Positions 13,733 to 24,736 of a stretch of 64,000 bases of DNA are shown here, one piece after another. Source of the DNA: Octopus sinensis (Eukaryota); contig NC_043000.1 in assembly GCF_006345805.1 (NCBI RefSeq), positions 158,968,001 through 159,032,000 on the forward strand, given 5' to 3'. Each line of letters starts with the position of its first letter. Position 1 is the stretch's first letter. The notes beneath the pieces are model-generated. The model had not been told where the DNA came from, did no database searches, and was given only the letters and a program-made list of their open reading frames with translations. A program made the position numbers and the translations under genes.

Positions 13733-15232
13733 AGATCTTAGTTTTTTTTAGTCTTTTTTTATACTGTTCTTAAGTCACATATAGTCTAATCAGTTTGCTT
13801 GTGGTGTGCTAGAGGACTTCCCGATTACCAGTTATTCCCTGACGAAAAATATATATTTTCTTTAGTTAAAGTCCTGACTCGGGATGTATTACCTAATGCT
13901 TAGCCTTAGGTTGGAGCTACGGTGTATATCTTTACCTTACCATTCATTTTCCACTACAAACATTGAACACCATTAAACCTACACACAATCGTATTTGAAC
14001 TTGATTCTCTGTGAATATAGTTAAATATGGAAAACTATTTATCATATTTTGACAGATATGTGAAGATAAGTCGCAATTTTTTCTGTTATATCACAATCAT
14101 ATGCTATGTAACTAAAATGTTAAAAATCGTTAATCACCCGATTAATCTACACAATATTTGACGCTAAGTGTGTGCATGTATGTGTGCCTGTGTGTGTGCG
14201 CGCGCATACGTATATATGTATGTGTATATGCTTATGTGCAAGAGTGTGTGTTCAAGTGTGAGAAAGAAAGAGTTATTAAGTGTATGTTTGCATATATGTG
14301 CATGTGTGTGTGTGTGTGTATGCCTGTATGTGTTTGTGCGTGTGTGTGTTTAGTATTAGCTTACATTAGCAATTTCGGTCATAAGATTGTACGAAATTAA
14401 CGAAAGATCGAAAGACAACGCAATAAGAATTAATATATAAATGGAGATGCAATAGAGGAATAGATTAACAAAAATATGTTGGAAAAATTGCAAATGAAAC
14501 GAAAATACAAAGTAAATATTGAAAGATGAACATTTCTTATAAAATTATGAAAATGAAACTTAGTTACAACGGAAAATTGCGAATAATTCGTTACACTCTT
14601 GCTGCATTCGATATGATATGAAAATAATATTTTCAAGACACCATCCATCTAATTCAGGTAGAAAGATACCAAAGCAAAATCAAATGTAACAGCTCAAATG
14701 GAAATTTAACCACGGATGCATCTTCACTATCTGTCAGAGTATCGCTACTTTGTGGCTTATGAAAAGACTTCAGACGTTGACTGCTCGAATCATCTAACAG
14801 AATTATATAGTCACTAATAGTCACTATTAGCCACTATTAAACTGTAAAACCTTTTCCCTTCTCTATAATAAAAGAAAAGTAAGTCTAGAAGACAAAAACA
14901 AATAGATATAATCAAATTTTTCGAAGATTATAACACATCTAGTATAAATCAGTGAGCCGGCAGTGTGGTTAGCATGTCGGTCAAAATGCTTAGCGGCATT
15001 TCGTCTACTTTTTTTATATTCTAAGATAAAGTTCCTCAGAAGTCAACTTTGCTTGTCGTCCCCTTCACCGTCGATAAAATAAATACCAGTCAATGACTGA
15101 GATTGATGTAAACGATATCCCTCTCCCCTCAAAAACTGCTGGTTCTGTGCCAACGTTTCAAACCATTTTTACACATCTGGTATACAGGAAATGTAAGCAA
15201 ATTCAGACACATCCTTTAGAATAAAGGTATTT

Positions 15233-15648
15233 GTCGAGCTGGCAGAAACGTTAGCACGCCGGGTGAAATACGTAGCCGTATTTCGTATGCCGTTACGTTC
15301 TGAGTTCAAATTCCGCCGAGGTCGACTTTGCCGTTCATCCTTTCGGGGTCGATTAAATAAGTACCAGTTACGCACTGGGGTCGATATAATCGACTTAATC
15401 CGTTTGTCTGTCCTTGTTTGTCCCCTCTGTGTTTAGCCCCTTGTGGGTAGTAACGAAATAGGTATTTCGTCTGTCTTTACGTTCTGCGTTCAAATTCCGT
15501 TGATGTCGACTTTGCCTTTCATCCTTTCGGGGTCGTTTATATAAGTACCAGTTCCGCACTGGGGTCGATATAATCGACTTAATCCGTTTGTCTGTCCTTG
15601 TTTGTCCCCTCTACGTTTAGCCCCTTGTGGGTAGTAAAGAAATAGGTA
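15233..15648 (+). mobile_element. SINE family A: head plus two 184-bp units
   Basis: Unit start gtatttcgt recurs at 15278 and 15462, with a third boundary near 15646. B-box-like gagttcaaattcc in each unit; possible TSD aggtatttgtc/aggtagttgtc. Confidence 0.85.
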
Positions 15649-18600
15649 GTTGTCTTCAACGAATGAATACAGGAAAGAAGGAATATCAAGAGTGAGATAC
15701 TAAAGAATGATTTCAATGTTCAGAATGAATATTGGCGGAGACGATAATAGAAAATTGGTGACATGAAACACATATGCTTCTATTGTAGTACATTATTAAT
15801 GTCGCCTGCTACTCATAAAACAATGAGGTCAATTGGCACATATGAAAATAGACAGGACAGATGATTGATGCTTTTTATGTGTCATATATAATGTTTAGAC
15901 CTCTGGAGCGTTTCATGGAGACGTTCGCAGGAAACACCAAGTAATTATAGTTTTCCCTTAAAGTAATTTAACAGAGAAAATAGGATTAATAAATTCATCA
16001 AACGGTACTCTATCATTGACAACAAAATAACAAACTGGTTGGAAGTTAAAACAAAATGCCCTCAAAGCTGTGTCATCCTTTGTGATTAAATTTAGTTGTT
16101 GAATATATAGACTTGGCGGTAATGAAAGCAGGAAATATAAAGCAGACAATGAAACATAAAAAAAATCACATAGAATATCTATAATTTCCAATCATCTTTC
16201 TTTGTTTTTTCTCTTTTCCTTTTCATCGACTGAACGTTAACTAAAAGAAGTGTAGAGTTAGCCTGGCAATATATTCAATTTAAAATCATCTTAAAATTGA
16301 TACTAGAAAAACGGTAGAGATGACTACTAATCGAATTCAATTCACCCGAAAATAGAAAAAGAAAACATACGGGCAGAAAGTTATATCTAACTGGGGAGAG
16401 TTTTTAGCAAAGATAAGAGAACAAAAGTCGACATAACGGCCAGTATTAAAAACTAAGAACCGTAAGCACACAGACAATGTAATCAATATGACTCTAAAAA
16501 ACACTAACTATTAAGTAGGTATGTTCAGCCGGTTCTCCTCCATGGGCGTTAACGAGTAATAAAAACAGATGCAAAGAAAACTTTTGCTTTTGCAATAACT
16601 CTTTCAGGAAACATTTAAAACTTTTACTATCAAAGTTGACTATTTTATTTATAATAGACTGAATTACATTCAATAGAGAATTTAAACTTGTCTCTTTCCA
16701 TTTCATCAAACTGCTGTTCTTCTCGGTCGACACTGTTTTAATTTCTGCTAGTTATACTTCTTTACTAGTGTTATCAATTTTGTTAAAGAATCAGTATCGA
16801 GTCAGACAAAATGTCTAATTCCTTCCAGCTCTTTACGATCTACGTTCAAATTCCGCCGAGATCGACCTTAGCTTCCAGCCTTTCAGGATGTTAGAATAGG
16901 TTTCAGTTGAACATTAGGAATTACGTAATTTGCCTACTCCTATACCTTAAAGTAACTAGCCTTCTTCCAAAATGTGTAATGTTTAAATACGTTGCACACA
17001 CACACACACGCACACACACATACATACATATATATATATATATTCTTTTAATGTCAGTGAGTACTCTAAGTGAACTGAAGAAGACTTTCAGCAAGAAAAT
17101 GAAATAATGTTACTATGATATTTTTGCTTAAATTGCTATGTGCTAATGCAGAAAAAAATGTGTTAGTTTGTTTAACAAGTTCAATACTGCGTAGTATTAA
17201 AATGCAACTTGTTAGTGTAGTGTTCGGAGGGATGTAATCTAATCGGTACAGAGGTAAGAATATTGAACAGGATTGTGTATTATAAAGACGTATATTAACG
17301 TATATTAAACTATTTTATTGCTAAAATAACAAACTATAACGAACAAATAATAATGAGAACGAGTGTTTGCGGCAAACTTAAAAGCTGCTTCAGATCAAAT
17401 ATTCCCAAAATAAACCACATTAACTATTCAAACTATCTGTGTCAACCCAACAAATTCAACAAAGATATGAACGTAACAAATTTTTCATTTTGCTTCATGG
17501 CTGAGAAGAAAAAATCCAAAATATCTCGAAACCTTCTGATGAAAAAGAATCCATACCCATTAACATTAAGTAATACAACTGAATAAATATATATCGCAAC
17601 ATAAATCAACAAACTGTCAAGAGCTACGGTAGAAGAGAAGGAGAGTTTGGTGAATGGTTATTGTTTTTTTCTTCCACGCTTGAAAACTATTTTGCTGTAA
17701 AATCATGAATTATTAAAGTAGGCGAGAAGCCGAAACAATAACAACTTGTGGAAAATCTCCAACAGTATCATAATGATATCTTACAACACCAACTACTAAA
17801 ATTAGTTAATATGGAGGCTATAATAAATTTAGTGATATATTGCTAGGATGGAAAATGAAACATAGAGATATAAAAATAGAAGACCACCATGCAGTGATGA
17901 AGTGCAATTTTGAAATATTTAACGCTAGCTAAGATGACGAAACTAGCAAAAGATAAGGACTTATATAGGAATAAAATGTAACTACGCCAGGTTGGTGTGG
18001 AAAGCTGGCATTAATAAATACGATTTAAGACTAAACAGGAAATTCTCTAATTAATTGTTCAAAATAAAAAAATAAGTTTCTCATGTGGAACTAATGCTAT
18101 GGAGAAGGGCAAATGTTTACGACAGATATTAGAGGATTTAGTATAACTACCAGTTACATATGATGAGAAATTCCCAATAACGTCATTGCTATAGGTGGAA
18201 AATTATTTAACATTCAAAACGTGCAATATCAGGGACATTGTTCGATATTTCCAATAAAATAACACTCATAAAATAAGACATTGCACAGTACCATTGTACG
18301 TAGAATACCTATAAAATAAAACCACTATAATAGATACATAATGTCCTTCATCTGTATAATATTTGTGAGGTAGATGTTGTTAGATAAAATGAATTCATGC
18401 AAACAGTCAGAATAAAAGAAAGTACAACTAAAACACAGGCCCCCAACTCGTTACTAAATAATCACTGATAGACACATCTCTTCACAATTGTGACGCTTTT
18501 TTAATACTCTGGATTGAATATTAGAAACAAGCATATGCAAAGCAACTACGGACTACTATAAAAAATTGGAAATATTACATGTTAAGCACAAAATGCCTTT

Positions 18601-19339
18601 TAAAGACTCATGTTCAGTCAGAGATCTTAAAAATAGAACTGAACAATAACACCTACATGTGTGTGTATCATACATAGATATATATACTTAGGCTACGTCT
18701 AAGTTATTAGCACCGCTGGGTAGAGGTTTTTAAGGATTCATCTTACTGTTATTGAATGGACACCATAGACCATGTGAGTAAAAAGTTCTTGTTCGCTGAA
18801 ATATATCCTGGTGTAAGTGTTTTATCTGGAAATTATTGAAGACATTTGCGCAGGGCCTGTTTAAATGCTATGAGATATTTTTCTTCTCTTATGTGTCTTG
18901 GCTTAATATTAAAGGGAGCAGGGCCAGTTGAGGTAAATTAGCTCTGTCTTTGTGTACTAATGTGATGCGGACATGATTTTTGGTAGAGGAAGGATGGCAT
19001 GACGATCAAGCCTTGAGTGAATTCTAAAGTTAATTCCTATATTACTGGGACAGTGCTTTTGGTATATTTTTCACATCAAACAAATAAATACCGTCCATGG
19101 TAACGTTGGGGGATCCTAATATTCAAGACGGAATGTCATCTATTTATTTTTTATGATCAATCTTTGAGATGTTTCAGTTGTTATGATATTTTGTTTTGTG
19201 TAGGAAGATCATAGTGGGCAATAGTATTCAAGGTGAGGACAGCAAAGGTGAAAAGAAAGATGAAGGTAGGAGTTTCTCTAGATAGGAAAGTCATGAGGGT
19301 TGAGGAACAACTCTGCAGCCACGTCGACTTTATTGTTTA

Positions 19340-19620
19340 TATGGGTACTCTAGCGTAACCTGTTGTCGACAGTCACTCAGAGGTCCCCGGTGCTGACTGA
19401 TGCCACAAGATGTTCGCCCAAATGAAATGTGTATGGTAGTTTAAATGCAGCCTGCTTATTGAAGTCAATTCATTGCAATTTAATCTCGTTTAGCTGCAAA
19501 TTGCTTTTCTGCCCATCGGATAAACACAATATGCAGATCCGATTGAAGATTAGTCTGGTCTCCTGCCCAGTCGACGGCCTTCAGAAGTTTAGAGTCCTCC
19601 TCAAAAATCATAAAAGGGGT
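19340..19620 (-). pseudogene. fragment of the same CR1-like family as the 39-44 kb element
   Basis: FEEDSKLLKAVDWAGDQTNLQSDLHIVFIRWAEK aligns with FADDSKLQKVINGVDDRINLQSDLLAVVQWAEK at about 42830-42925. Confidence 0.6.
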
Positions 19621-19648
19621 TCTTTCTATATATGATTTCGGTGCCAAT

Positions 19649-19737
19649 GGATCGCAGGTGTAAAGGTAACACACTTAGTCGCGTTAACAAAGAAATGTGG
19701 GTTCGAGTCCCACGCGGATAGGAAAGCCTTCTTTTTT
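19649..19737 (+). pseudogene. tRNA-shaped element followed by a T6 run
   Basis: D arm GTGT/ACAC; perfect T arm GTGGG-TTCGAGT-CCCAC; anticodon and acceptor stems mismatched; T6 at 19732-19737. Confidence 0.35.
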
Positions 19738-19964
19738 CTGTCGAGCATTTATATGCCCCGTTATTAGACTATTTTCCTTAGTCATTGCACGGTGATCGTA
19801 GAATATGGCACCGTGTAACAAAACCATTCGCGCCAAAGGCATATAGAGAAAGTTTGTTTACATAAAAACAAATACGGACTAATATAGATCTTAAATTTGA
19901 CAGGAGGGCGGCTGGTTCATTATTCATTGCACGGTGATACCCACAAGCTTTAATACCATTATAA

Positions 19965-20029
<65 letters not shown>

Positions 20030-20339
20030 TTTTTCACACCCCATTAACGCCTGACAACCGATGCTGGTATATTTATGTCCTCGAAACTTAGCGGCTCGGC
20101 ATGAGAAGCCGATAGAATAAGTACTGAGTTTACAATGTCATCATCGTCACAATGACGGAAATGATGACGTTCATGAACAGCATGGGAATGAATGCAGTAG
20201 CGATATTCTTTGTTGGCAGAAGACCTTGTCTATGAACATGTTCTGACTAGCCTCACATAATAAATAATTTAAACTCTTCCACTGATACGCCACACATATA
20301 TATACATATATATATACATATATATGCATATATATATAC

Positions 20340-20406
<67 letters not shown>

Positions 20407-21419
20407 TACACATACAATTGTACATGTATATATACACACACACATACTCATCGCCGTGTCGCATATGTATTAACTATTCCATCTATTCATACATACATGC
20501 ATATATAGATGAGTGTGTGTGTTGTTATTACGGGATTGTGTTTGTGTCTGCATATGTGTTTGTCTGTCTGTCTGTCAGTATATATTTGTTAAAATTCAGG
20601 CTTAAAATACAGTGATTATACTGATGGTTAAACTATCATCATACATTTTGCAGAGCTCAAATCTAAGCACTCAAGGACATAACTACTAAATCAATATACT
20701 GACTACACGAATAGGCATAAGAGAAGATGTCAGCAATACGTAAAATATTACAAATACTTCGTCATTCAAAAAATATTGCTATACCTAGAAGAACATATGA
20801 GACTTGTTATTCTGAAGTTTAGAATTTATTCAACAGCATTATTTCTAAAAATATATTTGTAAAAACAAAATGATATGTTATAACAAATATTTTGTTTTTA
20901 CACGGTGAGAGAGTGTTTTGGAAAAGTATATCTCCCGAAAGAACAATGAAAACATTCTTATAAGACTAGAGAAATAAAGCATGGGGAATACTTAAATACG
21001 TAGATACTTCCTCGTTCGCTGATATCTATTTGCATTATCCTAAGTCTCATTCTCACCAACACACACGCGTGCGTACATCACCACCACACACACAGCATAT
21101 ACGTCTTGCGAAACAAGAGTTTAACAGATTTAAGATATAAAATGAGATAAGAAAAAGTTAATATCTCGCATTTTATAGATGTAATTATTAAAAGGTAATT
21201 AATTTTATCTAGCATCTGTTTCGGTGATGCTGGTCGAATGAAACTATAAATTTATTCCGAGAAGGTTTTGTTTGAAAACCCAATCAAGGATTAATTATTC
21301 TAGAATTATTTCAGAGCAATAAGCTTGTTTCCCAACATTAATTACTATCATTTATGCATAAAGCAAATGGTTAATTAGAAATTCTTCCGAGGAAATTGAT
21401 TTACATTAATATGTTATTA

Positions 21420-21545
21420 AGAAGTTTGTTTCCCAACATCGTAGTCCTGGATCGAGCCTCACTGCAAGGTAATTTGGGTAAATATCTTGAACTATAGTCC
21501 CACGTCAACCAAAGCCTTTGGTTGACGGAAACTGAAAGAAATCCG
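21420..21545 (+). mobile_element. tRNA-derived SINE family D, decayed
   Basis: Homologous to the reverse complement of 48075-48210; runs into a TA/TG microsatellite. Confidence 0.6.
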
Positions 21546-21610
21546 CAGAATATGTATAGATATATGTGTGTATGCGCGTGTGTGTGTGTATGTATATGTA
21601 TATATGTATG

Positions 21611-21675
<65 letters not shown>

Positions 21676-21785
21676 TAGATATACCGGAGTAAACACATAA
21701 ATGTGAAACAAGGTGGAAAAAAGAGTACTCAAATACCAGTGGTAGAGTAATATGCTTTATTTTAAGCAGCAGAAAATTCAACAAA

Positions 21786-21825
21786 ATCTGTTACTCTGAG
21801 TTTCTCGTTGCCGTTCATCAGACAG

Positions 21826-21827
<2 letters not shown>
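21786..21827 (-). ncRNA. type I hammerhead motif in a 160-bp fragment (21672-21829) between (TA)n tracts
   Basis: CTGT-CTGATGA-ACG(GCAA)CGA-GAA-ACTCAGAGT-A-ACAG: canonical core, 4-bp helix I, GNRA-capped short helix II with A.A at its base, GUA site. Confidence 0.6.
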
Positions 21828-21867
<40 letters not shown>

Positions 21868-21925
21868 TATATATATGTAAAAACAAGTCAAGATAGAAAA
21901 TGCTAAAATAATTTTATAAAGTACA

Positions 21926-21968
21926 TTTCAGTCCCGGTTTCGGTCATTTGAGACCTTTTCAACTGTAA
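21926..21968 (-). ncRNA. hammerhead-like motif with U3:A8 core, left palindrome arm
   Basis: TACAG-TTGAAAA-GGTC(TCAAAT)GACC-GAA-ACCGGG-A-CTG; helix II perfect; G at position 16.1 is non-canonical. Confidence 0.45.
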
Positions 21969-22370
21969 AAATTAAAATAATTGAATTTAGAAAAATTAAA
22001 AGAAAAGTTTTTTTTAAGAATATTTGTTTAGTGTTCAAATACAAGTGGCATTTTCCTTGTTTCTGCCTGTCTCTGTCTCTCTTGTTTACTCTTGTGGGTT
22101 CAAGGTCCATGTGAATTCTTGGTAGGGGAGAAGACGAAGGAGTAGGAGGAGGGGAGATGGGGAGAAGGGGAGGAAGAATTTGGGATTGCCTTGATTGTCG
22201 TTGGTCAGTGATTGCTACCAGTTCACATGGACTTTTAACCCACAAGAGTAAACAAGAGAGACAGAGAGAGGCAGAAACAAGGAAAATGCCACTTGTATTT
22301 GAACACTATGCAAATATTCTTTTAAAAAACCTTTTCTTTTATTTTTTCTAAATACAATTATTTTAATTGT

Positions 22371-22413
22371 TACAGTTGAAAAGGTCTCAAATGACCCGAA
22401 ACCGGGACTGAAA
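22371..22413 (+). ncRNA. hammerhead-like motif with U3:A8 core, right palindrome arm
   Basis: Same motif as the left arm with one extra C before GAAA. Confidence 0.4.
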
Positions 22414-22512
22414 TATTCTTTAAAAAATTATTTTAGCATTTTTTATTTTGACTTGTTTTTTCATATATATCAACTCGTGTGTCCCTTTCCATCCTCATAT
22501 ATATATATATAC

Positions 22513-22545
<33 letters not shown>

Positions 22546-23271
22546 GTGTGTGTGTGTGTGTGTGTGTGTGCGTGTATGTATGTATCCTGGGCGTCCTTAT
22601 TGAAGACGATCTGTGAATGTTTAGCTTTCAACCTTTCTCGAACGAGCAGCGCATCTGATTTCTTTATTGTAATTAAATGTATGTGCCGTGCATATTAGCT
22701 CCTACCCTCCATCAAATAGATATCAACTGAACAGGTGCACGGTGTACCGCGCATCAGGTGTCGAAGTGATCGCAGAGTAATGCGAGATGAACTGTCTTGC
22801 AGCAACCGCAACAGCCGCTCTAGGATTGCAAACGATCTCGCGATCGTGGGAACCCCACCATACCATGCCTAACATTGAGATGGCATGTATATCTCACAGT
22901 GTAGTGCAGTTACTGTTTATACTTCGTTCAGAGATTTATTATTGCTTGCATACAGTTTTTCGAGATCAGTGACGAAAAGTTACTGGCAAAACGATATAAG
23001 GATTTGCATTGGAACACCTTTTCATCGAAAACCGGTGGTTTGTCACTCGTCTAGGGACCCCTCTTTCATCTGCGTATTGAGAAGTTAGCTGCCTATTTTG
23101 TTGAGTGAGTTCGTTTTTTGTTCGTCGTCGTTTGTGTTTGCTCGTGAATGTGAACAGTTGTCCGTTGTGTGACAGTAATTTTCGCCCTACGGGGCTGAAA
23201 ATTCTGTGTATAAACATTGTTATTACCTTCGGGGTAATTTTTTTGAAAAATTAGTTCTCATAATTTGAGAA

Positions 23272-24711
23272 ATGGAGTTCGACTTGGCGTCGAGGAGCGA
23301 CTGTCCCGTGATAGGAAAAGGCGAACAGAAGGATATCGAGGTTAGAAAACAGTCTTTTTCGGCCGCAGTGGGCGGAACCGTAACGGAAGTGGAATTCAAA
23401 ATAGAACAGTTGTTCGAATACCGGAACTTGGTCAAAAAGGAAGGCAACGAAATAAAACTGGTACCGCCGCAAGCAATATTACAGGAAATAAAGGCCAAGA
23501 CAGTCGTGTACAAGGTTTACAGTTACAAAGAGAAAAGAATAATGGACGTGAAGAACGAAATAGTAGAGAAGTGCTTGTCCCCGGTGTGGAGCAAAATTCG
23601 CTACGTCGGTCGAGGTGCTCGCAGCGCTACCGTTGAAGCACATTTCGACTCGGCTGATGTGGCAAGAGAAATTTCATCAATGACCTTAACAAATGAGGAC
23701 ATTATGTTACTACTTACCTATATGGGCAAAAGAACTGCGAAACTATATGTGGAAGATATACCAAGAGGATATGATATAATGTGGGTAGCAGCGGCGGTTC
23801 TGCACGACGTAGAGCAGAAAGTCTCAATTCTGCAGATGAAAAGGAAAGAGGAGGTAAACTGGAAGGGACAAGCGTTCAAACTCCTCGTTCAAGCAGAAAA
23901 TAATGTGCTAGAAAACTTACACGATAGGGTATTTATTGAGGAGGGAATTTCAATGAGAGTGTCAGTGGAGAGGCGCAGACCTAGGTGTTTCAAATGTGGT
24001 GAAAAGGGTCACGTCCGCTCGAACTGCATAAAAAAAAGAGAAAAACAGCGAAGCCCCTCCTCAAAGTGCTTCAAACACAGAAAAAGAAAAGGCGGAAAAA
24101 GACACCAAGACTCCGACAAGGAAGGGAATCGAAACAGAAGATAAAAATGAACAAATGGAATTTACGCAGGTGACACACAAAAGAAAAAAAGAAAATACCC
24201 TGGACTCCCCTCCCCAAACATAGAAAAAATCAGCACAAATACCGCAGAGATACATACAAAACAAATTCCCCAGCCCTACCCCCACGGCACTGTATTCATT
24301 GGAACACAGTTCGCCAAGCCCCACCCCATAAAACAAGATTGGAAAAAATTGATAAAAAAAAATGAAAAGATTGTAGCATTCGACGAGAAGAACGATAGAG
24401 TGTTTAAGTATTTAAAATTTTCAAAACTGAAATTATTCAGTAAGTCTGCAGACACTAAATCAACCACTCGTTTTGCAAAAATAAAGGAAGACGAGTGGAA
24501 GGAAAAAACACTCCAAGAACATTTAAAAAATAACCTTATCAGAGACGTAACTAACGAAATACTGGAGGGCAAACTTACTATAACCCCGGCAACCACACCT
24601 ACCCAGAGCCCGATGGCAACGCCGGTTAAGAGCTCTGCAGCTACGACCACAAGGGAGGAAGAATGGGAAGCATGCAGATTTAAACTGTCATGCTCCCTGT
24701 CCCAACCGTAA
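23272..24711 (+). pseudogene. Tx1 ORF1 (gag-like, CCHC zinc knuckle), frame-disrupted
   Basis: 290-aa ORF 23272-24144 with CFKCGEKGHVRSNC; probable continuation in another frame to 24711, just before the ORF2 ATG. Confidence 0.75.
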
Positions 24712-24736
24712 GTTTTTTTTCTTTCTTTCTCCGACA

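Larger units (their letters stand above)
21877..22462. repeat. 586-bp palindrome with about 249-bp arms between TA microsatellites
   Basis: 21877-22125 is the reverse complement of 22215-22462 with scattered mismatches; 89-bp purine-rich spacer. Confidence 0.9.
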
